From an uncultured cyanobacterium (GTDB taxonomy: Bacteria > Cyanobacteriota > Cyanobacteriia > PCC-9006 > JAAUQQ01): a stretch of 64,000 nt of DNA. The notes beneath the pieces are model-generated. The model was not told the origin of the DNA and searched no databases. It worked only from the letters and a program-made list of their open reading frames with translations. The stretch is from positions 5,952,001 to 6,016,000 of the forward strand of contig OY970368.1 of assembly GCA_963718615.1 (NCBI GenBank), read 5' to 3'. A program made the position numbers and the translations under genes. Positions 12,697-23,099 of this stretch are shown one piece after another. How positions within the stretch are numbered: position 1 is the first letter of the stretch; each line of letters begins with the position of its first letter.

Positions 12697-13110
12697 ATGC
12701 AGGCAACGGATCAATCCAACACCGCCGTTTATTGGGGTACCGGTCGTCGCAAGACCTCAGTGGCGCGGGTGCGTTTGGTTCCCGGTACGGGGGCCATGAA
12801 GATCAATGGTCGTGAGGGCCAAGAATACCTTCAGTTCAATCCTTCCTACCTCAACTCGGCCAAGGCTCCCTTGGAAACCCTGGGACTTGAAGGGGAATAT
12901 GACATTTTGGTGAATGTTTTCGGGGGCGGTCTGACCGGCCAATCCGATGCCATCAAACTAGGAGTGGCCCGTGCCCTTTGCGAACTGGATCCCGATAACC
13001 GTAAGCCCCTAAAGGTGGAAGGCTATCTCACCCGTGATCCCCGAGCTAAGGAACGGAAGAAGTACGGTTTGCGCAAAGCCCGGAAAGCACCGCAGTACTC
13101 GAAGCGTTAA
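12697..13110 (+). CDS. rpsI: 30S ribosomal protein S9
   Basis: [31 protein letters not shown]. Confidence 0.98.
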   Translation: MQATDQSNTAVYWGTGRRKTSVARVRLVPGTGAMKINGREGQEYLQFNPSYLNSAKAPLETLGLEGEYDILVNVFGGGLTGQSDAIKLGVARALCELDPDNRKPLKVEGYLTRDPRAKERKKYGLRKARKAPQYSKR

Positions 13111-13164
13111 GGAATTGCCGGGTTGCGTAAGGGAAGTGAGGCAATTTGATTTTTGGAGGCAATT

Positions 13165-13398
13165 ATGGCAAAGGCAGAGATTCATCCCCAGTGGTATCCC
13201 GACGCGAAAGTCTACTGTAATGGCGAATTGGTCATGACCGTTGGGTCGACCAAGCCGGAACTGCATGTAGATGTATGGTCGGGGAACCATCCCTTTTATA
13301 CAGGAACGCAAAAAATTATTGATACGGAAGGTCGTGTGGAACGCTTTATGCGGAAATACGGCATGTTTGAGGCTCCGGCTCAAGCAGAAAACGGCTAG
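13165..13398 (+). CDS. rpmE: 50S ribosomal protein L31
   Basis: IHPQWY, HPFYTG, GRVERF; GGAGG RBS before ATG 13165. Confidence 0.97.
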   Translation: MAKAEIHPQWYPDAKVYCNGELVMTVGSTKPELHVDVWSGNHPFYTGTQKIIDTEGRVERFMRKYGMFEAPAQAENG

Positions 13399-13450
13399 AC
13401 ATGACGGGGCGAGGGGGCGATCGCCATCACCCCTTCGTCAATCGTTTAAA

Positions 13451-13482
13451 GTGGGCTAAGCTCTGTCGAAGCCCACATTTTT
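13451..13482 (+). terminator. Possible intrinsic terminator after rpmE
   Basis: GTGGGCT...AGCCCAC stem followed by ATTTTT. Confidence 0.5.
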
Positions 13483-13564
13483 CATAGCTATTGATTGCAT
13501 CGTTAGATTGCATGGCTATGAATGCTCCCTAGCTTGAGCGACTCGTTTTTTAGGTCTAATCGTC

Positions 13565-14662
13565 ATGGCTGAAGCGTATTTACTCGACAAACTGAAGTCC
13601 GTCGAAGAAACCTTTCACGAACTCACTCGCAAAATGGCGGATCCAGATATCGCCAGCCAGCCGGGCGAGTTTCAGCGCGTGGCGAAGGCCCGTGCGGATC
13701 TAGAAGAAGTTGTGACGACCTATGAAACCTGGAAACAGACGGTTTCAGATCTAGAGGGTGCCAAGCAGGTCCTGAAAGAGGCAGCCAATGATCTGGAAAT
13801 GCGAGAAATGGCCAAGCTCGAAGTGGAAGAACTCCAGGAAAAGCTGCCTGGGTTGGAAGACCGCCTTAAAATTTTGCTGCTGCCTCGGGACCCTAACGAC
13901 GATAAAAATATCATGTTGGAAATCCGGGCCGGCGCTGGCGGGGACGAAGCCGGAATTTGGGCCGGGGATTTGCTCAATCTCTACATGCGCTATGCGGCGA
14001 GCCAAGGGTGGCGTGTCAGTTTGGTGAGTGAATCTATTGGAGATATGGGGGGCTATAGCGAAGTCATTGTTGAAGTCACGGGAGAACAAGTTTTTAGCAA
14101 ACTGAAATATGAAGCGGGGGTGCACCGAGTTCAGCGAGTGCCAAAGACCGAATCGGGAGGGCGCGTCCATACTTCAACAGCAACGGTGGCGATTATGCCG
14201 GAAGTTGATGAGGTAGAAGTTGAAATTGATCCCAAGGATATCGAGATGAAAACGGCTCGCTCCGGCGGTGCAGGCGGGCAGAATGTTAACAAAGTGGAAA
14301 CGGCGGTGGATTTGATCCACAAGCCAACGGGGATTCGGGTATTTTGTACGGAGGAGCGATCGCAGCTCCAAAACCGCGAGCGGGCCATGCAGATTTTGCG
14401 GGCCAAGCTTTACGAAATCAAACTCCAAGAACAACAGGCCGCCGAGCGATCGAAGCGACTCTCGCAAGTGGGAACCGGGTCACGGGCAGAAAAAATTCGC
14501 ACCTATAATTACAAAGACAACCGCGTCACCGACCATCGCCTTAATCAAAACTTCCCGCTCAACAGTGTCCTGGAAGGCGAACTTGAGTCCGTGTTGCAGT
14601 CTTGCATTGGGAAAGATCAGCAGGCAATGTTGGTGGAACTGGCTGAACAGATGAATAATTAA
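13565..14662 (+). CDS. prfA: Peptide chain release factor 1
   Basis: PxT motif (VPKTE), GAGGQ; usual position after rpmE. Confidence 0.97.
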   Translation: MAEAYLLDKLKSVEETFHELTRKMADPDIASQPGEFQRVAKARADLEEVVTTYETWKQTVSDLEGAKQVLKEAANDLEMREMAKLEVEELQEKLPGLEDRLKILLLPRDPNDDKNIMLEIRAGAGGDEAGIWAGDLLNLYMRYAASQGWRVSLVSESIGDMGGYSEVIVEVTGEQVFSKLKYEAGVHRVQRVPKTESGGRVHTSTATVAIMPEVDEVEVEIDPKDIEMKTARSGGAGGQNVNKVETAVDLIHKPTGIRVFCTEERSQLQNRERAMQILRAKLYEIKLQEQQAAERSKRLSQVGTGSRAEKIRTYNYKDNRVTDHRLNQNFPLNSVLEGELESVLQSCIGKDQQAMLVELAEQMNN

Positions 14663-14685
14663 CAGTGAATCACGACTGTGAATCA

Positions 14686-15858
14686 TTAAGGCCGAGCGGC
14701 GACGGTGGGGAAGAGGGCTTGGAAATCGCGATCGCGCCGTCCCAAAGTTTCATAGAAAAAGAAGGCCACCCCACCCAGCTTGGCCTTTCTTACGCTCTCA
14801 ACTTGGGTTTCGATCTGCTTGATCGGAATCTCTCGACCTTTGAGACCCACCAGAATACCAATGCCTGTAGGAATATGGCCTTGAGCTTTTTGGACCGTGG
14901 GGTGATTCAGCTCCGCAAGAAATCGAGGTAAGTCACTGCGATAAACTTGTACGATCAACTCCTCGATATAGCCTTCGCGCTCCCAACGCTGCCAGTCTTG
15001 CAAATAGGTTGTGTAGGCAAATTCGTGGGGGTTGGGGGCAAGGGAAACAATGGCATTGGGTTTGAGCGCTTTGACCGTATGGAAGAGTTGTGTCACAAAT
15101 ACACTGATCTTGTCGGCTCGCCAGCGAATCCATTCCGGATCATTAGGATCCTGAGGCGGGCGCTGACCCTTGTGCTCTCGTTGATAGAGTCTCGTTGTGT
15201 AGGCATCATAGCCAAAGTCGACGGGGAGGCCAAGATGGTCATCAAACTGAATCCCATCTACGTCGTAATGGGTGAGAATTTCTGCAACTAGAGCAATTAA
15301 AAATTGCTGAACTTGGGGATGAAAAGGACTGAGCCAACGGCGAGGAATGCGTTGCCCCTCTAGCCAAATATCGCTGCCATCGGCACGACGGGCAATCCAG
15401 TCGGGATGGCTTTGCGCCAGCGGTGTTACCTCCGGCAGCATAAAGCCAAACTCTAGCCAGGGAATGACCGCGAGTCCTAACCGATGCCCTTCCGTAACTG
15501 CCTCTGCCAGCATGTCTCGGCCTTGTAGGCCCGGTTCTGGATCTAGAGATGCTCCCACAACAGCTTGGGCAACTTTGCTGGGATAGAGCGTATAGCCATT
15601 GTTCAGCACGGTGGGGTAGATGGTGTTGAAACGCATCCGCTGTAGCCGTTCGAGCCCTTGTTTCAACCTAAGCTTGGAAAACAGCACATCGCTGTCAATA
15701 TTGGTGAGCCAGACTCCCCGCAGCTCCGGTTGGGTCGGCGAAGCGACTGACCGAGGTGCGGACTGAGCCCATAGGGATGCTGGGGATAGGATGCTCAACA
15801 GGCCCAAGATGAGGAGGGTGATGAGGGCAAACCGGGAGAGGCGGTGACGAAAACGCAT
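14686..15858 (-). CDS. Secreted glycoside hydrolase-like protein (DUF187/GHL10)
   Basis: Signal peptide; ELRGVWLT, YDVDGIQFDD motifs. Confidence 0.85.
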   Translation of the reverse strand: MRFRHRLSRFALITLLILGLLSILSPASLWAQSAPRSVASPTQPELRGVWLTNIDSDVLFSKLRLKQGLERLQRMRFNTIYPTVLNNGYTLYPSKVAQAVVGASLDPEPGLQGRDMLAEAVTEGHRLGLAVIPWLEFGFMLPEVTPLAQSHPDWIARRADGSDIWLEGQRIPRRWLSPFHPQVQQFLIALVAEILTHYDVDGIQFDDHLGLPVDFGYDAYTTRLYQREHKGQRPPQDPNDPEWIRWRADKISVFVTQLFHTVKALKPNAIVSLAPNPHEFAYTTYLQDWQRWEREGYIEELIVQVYRSDLPRFLAELNHPTVQKAQGHIPTGIGILVGLKGREIPIKQIETQVESVRKAKLGGVAFFFYETLGRRDRDFQALFPTVAARP

Positions 15859-16085
15859 AAACTCGGCGGCGTAGAAGCTGCGGTGTAGAGGCTGCTAATT
15901 CTGACAGTAGTAGGGAAGGACGAGTTCCTGATAGCGCTTCTTAAAATCAACCACGCCCATCAAAATCCATAAAATCAAAACCCGCAAAATCAAAACCCGC
16001 AAAAAAGAGACCCACCTCAATAGAATTTGAAGCGGGCCTAATCTAGGCGTTAGGCTCCCCAGAGATTGGCTGGGATTCCCCCAAT

Positions 16086-16697
16086 TTAGTTGCGACGATT
16101 TTCCTGTTCAGTGAGCATCCACCGGGCGATCGCCATCGCCAGTCGTCCCTGCTCCACTTCCGAGAGTTCTTCCCAGTCGAGATCTTCGGGCAGTTCGGGT
16201 TCCTTGCCCCGCATCGCGTAGGCATAGGGACGGGCCAATACCTGTAAATCTTCGGCATCCCATTGGGGAAGACAATCCTGCACACAAGCCACAAGGCGAT
16301 CGACCGCTGACAGTTGGCTATCCATCAGATGGTCAACCTGCTCAAGCATCTTTGCGATCGCCCCTTGGGGAACCCGCAACGTCCGCCCCGCCAATTGCTG
16401 AATCACATCGCTAAGGCTGAGCTGTTCAGATTGAGCGGCTTCCATGGGGACATCGGGAGCAGCCCAAAGACCCTCCAAACTCGAAAAAAAAGCATCTGCC
16501 TCCGGTTCCGGAAACTCCATCTCGGGGACATGGGCCTCAAGGCTCTGGAGATAATTCTCAGCGGCTTCAGGATTCCAGGGATAGGGCGAATCGGCATGGA
16601 GCTCAGATTCGAGAATACGTTGGAGAAGTTCTGCTTTCGCGATCATGCGCGTCTGGGAAAGGGATAGTGGGGAATTATGCAAGGGGTTACGGTTCAT
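16086..16697 (-). CDS. Conserved hypothetical protein resembling the PatU3 helical core
   Basis: Acidic 203-aa ORF; PYPW, LVACVQDCLP, DWEELSEVEQGRLAMAIA pattern similar to PatU3 as recalled from memory. Confidence 0.6.
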   Translation of the reverse strand: MNRNPLHNSPLSLSQTRMIAKAELLQRILESELHADSPYPWNPEAAENYLQSLEAHVPEMEFPEPEADAFFSSLEGLWAAPDVPMEAAQSEQLSLSDVIQQLAGRTLRVPQGAIAKMLEQVDHLMDSQLSAVDRLVACVQDCLPQWDAEDLQVLARPYAYAMRGKEPELPEDLDWEELSEVEQGRLAMAIARWMLTEQENRRN

Positions 16698-16917
16698 AGC
16701 CCAACTCCGGGGAACACAGTCTTGAGGATGGCCTTTGGTGGCATTTTAGCGAGGAGATCGAGGGATGGAAAACAGTGGCTAAACTGCTTCTGGATGGGGG
16801 GTAAAGCCTCAGGGTTATCCCCCCAACTTCGATAACAAGGACTACAGAGAAGACTCAGGGAATTTCGCACGAATCAAGGTCCAAACGGGAAATAGATTAG
16901 GCCGAGTAAGTGGAAGA

Positions 16918-16976
16918 GGGTCATAGGGTGAAGGGGTCAGGGGTGAAGGGGTCAGGGGTAACGGGGTTAGGGGTTG
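16918..16976. repeat. G-rich short tandem repeats (~15-bp unit GGGGTCAGGGGTGAA), STRR-like
   Basis: About 4 imperfect copies directly after the CHAT gene stop. Confidence 0.8.
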
Positions 16977-18599
16977 TTAATAGTGAGTATCTCCATCTTG
17001 AAAGGTTTGAATAATGAATTCCAGGGTTTGCCCCTGGGTACTGCCCAGCCGCAATTGGGTGCCTGGCTGAAGTGCAATTTCTTGGTGATGCACCCGCTGC
17101 CAACCTTCCCGGCCTGCAATCAGCGTGCCGTACCGGGAAAAATCCCGGAGAAAATAGGTTGGCGCTTCGTCACCCATGCCGACTCGGCAAATAATTTCGG
17201 CATGTTTTTGGGACACCCAAGGCTCCTGAACGACTACATCATTTTCAGGACGACGGCCTACCCGCATCAACCCGCCTCGAATACTCCAAACCTTGAGCGG
17301 ATCGTTGAGCATACGCACCTGAGCTAAGGGCCAGCGGGATTCATGCCATTGGGTGGTTGAGTTGGTGGTCGGCAGCTCGGTTTTGCCTTCTAGGGGCTGC
17401 ATCACTTCCCCGTTAAATTCAGGGTGCATATACAGCACCGGTAGGGTCCAGCCCGGTTGGTTGAATTTGTAGAGAGTGAGTAGTTGCTGGCGGGCCATGG
17501 CGATTGCTTGATCGACGGGGGCGCGATCGCTCAACGCCTGGGAAAAAGCTTCCACAAAACAAAGGGCTTCTTCATCGGCGATCGAATCTCGCATCCCCAC
17601 AACGGCAGGAACCCCATGGTGAATCAAAACCTCTGCCAAACTACTGCGGGGAACCGTTTGGGCTATCCCCGTGGCCTCATCTACCATTGTGTAGGGCTGG
17701 GCACCCCAACAGGCATTGAAAATCGCCACGGCCACCTGGCAGCGCGTCAGCACCTGGGCCAATTCCGTACCGCTGAGGGTGATTTGGGGAGCCAGCAAGA
17801 CCCGACCGCCATCGGGGGCCGGAACCCCATGACCGGCATAAAAGAAAATGGTGTAGCCCCCTTGCTCCAGTTGGGTTACGAGTTCCGCTGGGCTCGGTTG
17901 GATGAGCATATCCACCTGACAAGAGGTGGAAAATCCCGTTCCACCGGGTTTGAGCTGGCTCGGATGTTGCAGATGCTCGGCAATAATGCGGGCTTCCTGT
18001 TCGAGTTGCAGAGCTGGAATCTCTGCCTCCCCCGCTTGACCCAGGACCAAAAGCACCTTCAGGACTTGGGTCAGGCGGGGGGGCATGAGCGGATCGACAT
18101 CGCTCGTGGTGCGGCTAAAGAGAATCTGCTGACTCAGTGACAGGGCCTGTTTCCCCACTTGGGGCTGCATAATTTCCCAGGGCAAGCGGGCCAATTCAGG
18201 GTCCCGTAGTTCTAGCCGCAGCCGTAAGGGCTTGCCCTGGCCCATGGCAATGCCTAAGCTTTGGCTATAGGCCGTGTGAATCGAACCATGGAAGAGCCAC
18301 TGCCAGAGCTGCAGGCCAAAATGCTGCATCAAACGGCTGCTGTAGCTGCCTTCCATCTCCGTCAAGGAAAGATCAAGACGGTCTAGGTCTTCCGGCAAAC
18401 CCTGGGTAATTTCTGGGGAGGCAAACAACGCGGCCCAAGCATGCCAAGCCTGACTGAGGGGCTCGGGCCACAGCCGATCGTGGTGAACATAGCCACCGGG
18501 ATAGGGCGCTTGCACAACCCATGTGGCCCAGTGCCCCGGACTCGAAGCCTGGAGCGGGGCGATCGCAACATTCAAACAGGGATTCTCAAACCCAATCAT
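16977..18599 (-). CDS. CHAT (caspase/HetF-like) protease with C-terminal FHA domain
   Basis: LARLPWEIM, YAGHG and FNAC dyad motifs; FHA VGR...VSQKHA...SRYGT. Confidence 0.88.
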   Translation of the reverse strand: MIGFENPCLNVAIAPLQASSPGHWATWVVQAPYPGGYVHHDRLWPEPLSQAWHAWAALFASPEITQGLPEDLDRLDLSLTEMEGSYSSRLMQHFGLQLWQWLFHGSIHTAYSQSLGIAMGQGKPLRLRLELRDPELARLPWEIMQPQVGKQALSLSQQILFSRTTSDVDPLMPPRLTQVLKVLLVLGQAGEAEIPALQLEQEARIIAEHLQHPSQLKPGGTGFSTSCQVDMLIQPSPAELVTQLEQGGYTIFFYAGHGVPAPDGGRVLLAPQITLSGTELAQVLTRCQVAVAIFNACWGAQPYTMVDEATGIAQTVPRSSLAEVLIHHGVPAVVGMRDSIADEEALCFVEAFSQALSDRAPVDQAIAMARQQLLTLYKFNQPGWTLPVLYMHPEFNGEVMQPLEGKTELPTTNSTTQWHESRWPLAQVRMLNDPLKVWSIRGGLMRVGRRPENDVVVQEPWVSQKHAEIICRVGMGDEAPTYFLRDFSRYGTLIAGREGWQRVHHQEIALQPGTQLRLGSTQGQTLEFIIQTFQDGDTHY

Positions 18600-20529
18600 G
18601 GAGGGGTCGGCTGGGGATAGGCTTCAAGGGATGGATCGACAGCAGCGGGGGACGGGGGGAAAGCTGAGCCGGTGTGGGTTCGGGTTCGGCCATGAGGGTT
18701 CTATGCAGGCCGTAACCGAGGGCGGAACAGAGGGCCAGTCCCCCCAGCAGCAGCACCAGTTTGGAGAGGAGAGAAAGACGCTGCGGTTGAGCGGAGCGGG
18801 GAACTTTGCTGCGAGGCGACCGCCGCCGGGGTTTTTGGCCGATCGTGGCATCTGACCCAGCCGGGAGCGAGATGGCTTCCAAAATTCGGACGAGAGCCGA
18901 GGCATCGGGAGGTTGGCGATCGCTCACCCGGTAATGCATCAAGGCAATGGTGGAATTGTCATGGCCATTGCGCTGATTCGCAACCTCCAACAGTTGGGAA
19001 GCTGCGAGGGCCACATTGACCGGTTGGGTAAAGATGGGGAGAAGGATGTGAGGCCAAACTTCGCTCACCCGTTCGTGGTCACTGAGGCCATCCGAGCATA
19101 GCAGCAGAACGGTCTCTTCCTCAAAAAAGAAGCGTTGCACCGTCGGACGCAGCACATTAGATGGCGTAATCCCAAGCGCCTGGGTCAGTGCCCCGGCACT
19201 GGAGGGACGGATGGCCTGACGATAAATGTTTTGGCCTTGGAGAACGGACTGGGATCCCACGTCGTCATCAACGGTGAGTTGCTGACAGCCCTGGGGGGTG
19301 ATGCGATAGATCCGGCTATCCCCCACGTGGCCGAGATAAAACAAATGGTTCATCAACCAAGTGGCAACTACGGTGGTGCCCATGCGCTGACGCTGGAGCC
19401 GTTTTTCTTGGTTGTTGCGATCCGTGAGCTGGTCGTTGGCCAAGTAAAAGGCCTTTTGCATGGCAAGGCCGGGGGGCGTGTTCTCCAGATTTTCCGGGGT
19501 TTGTAGGTAGCGATGGATCGTATCGGCTGCCATGCGGGCCGCCACTTCACCCCCATCGTGCCCCCCTAGCCCATCGCAGACGATCGTGATCGATTGCGGA
19601 CCCGAACGGGTCATGCGGAAGGTGCCGCCAGCGGGCAAACAGGCGTCTTCATTGTGGGAGCGATGGGGGCCTGAATCCGTACAGGTAGCCACTTGCAGGT
19701 CGGTGGTCAGGGTCTCTGCGGCGATCGCCAAGGCCCGATCCAAGCAAGCCACCAAAGACTCAGGGGTTTCAAAGCAACCGGCAATCAGGCGATCGCACAA
19801 CCCCCGCAAAAAGGGCCGCAAACTGCGATCCGCTGAATCAATCCAGTTTTGCCACAGCAGCCCCAATTGGGACAAATCCAAGTCCTCCCCCTGGGGATAC
19901 AACTCTAGGATGCGGACTAAACTACCATCAACCCGTAGATAATCCGGTTCTAGGAGCGTTTGGGCCACCCCTTCTTGATGGAGCGGACCCCACAGCCGAG
20001 CCAGTTGCCACAGCCAGCCCAACTGGCGATGGGGCGTGCTGGTAGACCATTGTTCTAGGAGCCCTGGCATGGGGAGGCCACCGGGGCTAGAGACCCCCTC
20101 AACGACGGCATGATCTCCATACAGGGGCGCGTCTTCTAGCAAAAAAACATTTGTTTGGTCCAAGCTCAGGAGCCCATAAACCTGAGGAATCGCGTGCCGA
20201 TAGTTGAGCAACCGCAGATAGGGCAAAAACACCTTAGGCAACTCTTGGCCCACATCGGGCACCTCCGGCAACATGCCAGGCTGGGTATCCAGAAGAACCC
20301 GGAGCTGGGGCGATCGCCCAGCACCATCCTCTACCACCCAATAGCGCTCACCGAGCAACTGTCCAGGTTCGAGTTTAGGCAGCGGTCCCACCGCCCAGAG
20401 ATAGCGACGAATTAAGGGAGTGCCGCACTGCTGACAGACCGAAGCATGCCCCTCATGGGGGGCCTGACAGCGGGGATTGGCGCAGTGAAGGGTAGATGGG
20501 GCTGTAGCCATAGGACAGGTTAATCGCAT
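18586..20529 (-). CDS. PP2C Ser/Thr phosphatase with N-terminal Zn-ribbon and degenerate kinase-like region, C-terminal TM
   Basis: CANPRC...CQQC; RSHNEDA, VCDGLGGH, CSDGL, GHDN motifs; hydrophobic C-terminal helix. Confidence 0.88.
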   Translation of the reverse strand: MRLTCPMATAPSTLHCANPRCQAPHEGHASVCQQCGTPLIRRYLWAVGPLPKLEPGQLLGERYWVVEDGAGRSPQLRVLLDTQPGMLPEVPDVGQELPKVFLPYLRLLNYRHAIPQVYGLLSLDQTNVFLLEDAPLYGDHAVVEGVSSPGGLPMPGLLEQWSTSTPHRQLGWLWQLARLWGPLHQEGVAQTLLEPDYLRVDGSLVRILELYPQGEDLDLSQLGLLWQNWIDSADRSLRPFLRGLCDRLIAGCFETPESLVACLDRALAIAAETLTTDLQVATCTDSGPHRSHNEDACLPAGGTFRMTRSGPQSITIVCDGLGGHDGGEVAARMAADTIHRYLQTPENLENTPPGLAMQKAFYLANDQLTDRNNQEKRLQRQRMGTTVVATWLMNHLFYLGHVGDSRIYRITPQGCQQLTVDDDVGSQSVLQGQNIYRQAIRPSSAGALTQALGITPSNVLRPTVQRFFFEEETVLLLCSDGLSDHERVSEVWPHILLPIFTQPVNVALAASQLLEVANQRNGHDNSTIALMHYRVSDRQPPDASALVRILEAISLPAGSDATIGQKPRRRSPRSKVPRSAQPQRLSLLSKLVLLLGGLALCSALGYGLHRTLMAEPEPTPAQLSPRPPLLSIHPLKPIPSRPLHDWV

Positions 20530-20592
20530 CAGCGGAAATCACCGGGCAGCAGCGAAACAAGGGCTGGTCAACGTAACCTGCTGAATTTCCTT

Positions 20593-20934
20593 TTAGGATT
20601 CCCCAGAGACGACCTGAGGCAACCCCATGCTGTAGTTCAAAACCCGGCTATTCAGGTTATAGGCCACCTGTCCTTTTTGCAGCAGGTCGCGGATAAAGAG
20701 CTCCAGATCTGAACCAATCCGACGCAGGTTGTACTCGGTGAGATCGGCCCCAGCATTGGCTTCGACCAGTTCGTCAAACTTGCGGTATACCTGCTGCAAC
20801 GTTTCTTCGGGCCAGGTCAGCTCATTATCCGGATCCACATCAAGGGTCAGTACGTGATCGCTAGGGACAAACTCGCCATCTTGAACCTCAGCGGAAAAGA
20901 TGCGAACGTGGCGGGTGGTTGATTTTAGCAGCAT
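20593..20934 (-). CDS. ndhM: NAD(P)H-quinone oxidoreductase subunit M
   Basis: [13 protein letters not shown]...LDVDPDNE...[10 protein letters not shown]; start reassigned to ATG 20934. Confidence 0.93.
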   Translation of the reverse strand: MLLKSTTRHVRIFSAEVQDGEFVPSDHVLTLDVDPDNELTWPEETLQQVYRKFDELVEANAGADLTEYNLRRIGSDLELFIRDLLQKGQVAYNLNSRVLNYSMGLPQVVSGES

Positions 20935-20992
20935 GGCCTTAGAAACGCACGACGGTTCTTCATTCTCCATTATGCAGGGGATTATAGACTGG

Positions 20993-22723
20993 CTAGTCCA
21001 TTTCCTCAGAATCAACTTCGCCTTGGTAGACCGGCAGCAACACCGAGAAGGTTGACCCTTGGCCGAGGCGGCTATTAACGGTGATCGAACCGCCGCAGCG
21101 CAGGAGCAGTTGTTGGACAATCGTGAGGCCTAGCCCCGCCCCGCCACAGTCTTCGCCATGGGTAGACCGGACGCGGTAGAACCGATTAAAAATTTTGGGA
21201 ATTTCGCCGGAGGCAATGCCGATGCCGGTGTCTTGGACATCAATTTGCACATAGTCGCCCTGGGGTTTGGCCCGCACCCAGACTCGACCTCCCTTATCGG
21301 TAAATTTGATACTGTTGTGGAGCAAGTTGACGATAATTTGCCGCAGCCAGGGCACGAGCGAAGACACCGCCGGTAGCGTATCGGGAATGGTGTAGGCCAA
21401 CATGATTTCTTTTTCTTGGGCCAAGGGCTGATAGGTGCTGACGACACCGGGCACAATTTCTGCCAAGGGCAGGGGCTGCATTGTGGTTTCACCCACCTGT
21501 TCGATTTGGGCGAGGTTGAGCAGGCCGCTAATGAGGGAGTTTTGGCGATCGCACTCCGTATTCAGCAACTGAATATACCGCTGCCGCTGATTGGTCTTCA
21601 AACTGGGAGAATTCAGCAGTGACAGCGCCGTTTTCATATTGGTGAGGGGCGTCCGCAGCTCCTGAACCACCATATTGAGAAATTCGTCCTTCAGCCGGAT
21701 CGCATTGATCAGCTCTTCGTGCTGAAGTTGGAGCGTTTCCGCCATTTCTGCCTGTTTGCGATAGGCGCTGACCCGTCGCCACAGCTCCTCCTGACGCTGG
21801 AGCTGCTTCATAATCAACTGATTGAGTAGATCCGTTTCGCGGGAGCTCTGGTCTGACAGCGTAAATAGCTGATCCCAATGCTGCAACAGGGCTTCAATAC
21901 TGATGCTGGCCTCACTGGTTTCTTGATAGGCCGCTGGTCCTCCCAACTTCACCCGCAAACTATTGGTGGGAACTCGCATCAGCGCTTGCTGGATTCCCTG
22001 GAGAATTTGGTGAACGACAGTTGCCCGACAGGAATAAAGCAACCGCAGTTGAGATTTGTTGTCGCCGCCCTCCTCTGGATTACCCACGACGGTTAAGAGT
22101 TCCGTCGTATCTTTGAGGCCCGTGGCCATGGGGGTGGCGGAGGCGGAGCTGTTCGTGCGTACTCGGCGGGCCAGAACCAACCCCTGAAACTTGGGAGAAA
22201 CCGCCATCAGAAAATATTCACCCCGCATCAGACTGCCGGGTTCCAACGGAATTGAAACCAGCGGCGTCATATTATTGCCCGACAGCCAGTCCACCCCTTC
22301 ATCGGAGAGGAGCTCTAGTCGACCGGGGGACGGGCTGCTCAGATTCAGCGGCAAAACCATTCCTTCGGTCTCGTCCTGACTGGCTTCGTAGTCCTGAGGC
22401 GAATAAAACGCAAAGGCAATTTGAGCGGCTTCGGACTGCTTGCAGTAGCGTTCTAGCTCTAGCTGCCAATTGCCCCCTCGGGGCAGTCGCGCCCAAAGCA
22501 CCGTCGGCATCCCCTGCTCGACCAGCAGATCGATAAAGCTAGTGATGGCCGACTTAAAGGTGGTGGCTCCGACTGGCAACGGCTGAAGGCTCGGATCTTC
22601 ATCCAGAACCATCTCATAGAGAGAAGTCCCCTCGAGACTTCCGCCTGTGAGGGTTGTCATGGGCAGTTCAGTGGAGAACGGAGACTGAAACAGTTGAGAT
22701 CTGGAGTGACTGGAGCTGACCAC
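20993..22723 (-). CDS. DICT-like sensor fused to HisKA/HATPase, phosphoacceptor His replaced by Gln
   Basis: H-box reads QELRTPL; N, G1, F and G2 boxes intact. Confidence 0.82.
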   Translation of the reverse strand: MVSSSHSRSQLFQSPFSTELPMTTLTGGSLEGTSLYEMVLDEDPSLQPLPVGATTFKSAITSFIDLLVEQGMPTVLWARLPRGGNWQLELERYCKQSEAAQIAFAFYSPQDYEASQDETEGMVLPLNLSSPSPGRLELLSDEGVDWLSGNNMTPLVSIPLEPGSLMRGEYFLMAVSPKFQGLVLARRVRTNSSASATPMATGLKDTTELLTVVGNPEEGGDNKSQLRLLYSCRATVVHQILQGIQQALMRVPTNSLRVKLGGPAAYQETSEASISIEALLQHWDQLFTLSDQSSRETDLLNQLIMKQLQRQEELWRRVSAYRKQAEMAETLQLQHEELINAIRLKDEFLNMVVQELRTPLTNMKTALSLLNSPSLKTNQRQRYIQLLNTECDRQNSLISGLLNLAQIEQVGETTMQPLPLAEIVPGVVSTYQPLAQEKEIMLAYTIPDTLPAVSSLVPWLRQIIVNLLHNSIKFTDKGGRVWVRAKPQGDYVQIDVQDTGIGIASGEIPKIFNRFYRVRSTHGEDCGGAGLGLTIVQQLLLRCGGSITVNSRLGQGSTFSVLLPVYQGEVDSEEMD

Positions 22724-23099
22724 GTCGGTAACCTGTTGGGGGATTGTTCTAAACGTAATACGCTGGTGCTAAGGGATAAATTTTATACTTTATTCCCAGA
22801 AGGTGCACGGATTTGCTTGAGATACGGATTTGCTTGAGATGATGGATGAACCCTAGCGGAAGAGCAGGGGTGTCTAGTGCCCCTGTTTTAGAGGGAACCC
22901 AGAACAGGAGGGGGAATAACCCCTTGCGACAAAATTTTGTGTGGGGACGTTAGGGAATTGGGCAGGGCGTGTATATTAGACGGCGATCGAGTACGCTATG
23001 GCGAATTCTGATTGACGGTCCACGTTCCTGTTTCTCCAGTCTGTATTCTCAATCCGTCTGTTTTTCAATCCTGTCTGGTCACTCTGTCTGCTCCAACCT

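Noticed and set aside
55-13398. rpsN, rpmD and rpsD missing from the ribosomal superoperon
   Set aside because: Normal cyanobacterial arrangement; not a novelty.
20935-21120. N-terminal extension of NdhM in the ORF track (similar extensions for rplF, rplM and the decarboxylase)
   Set aside because: Over-extended starts; the recognisable family N-termini begin downstream.
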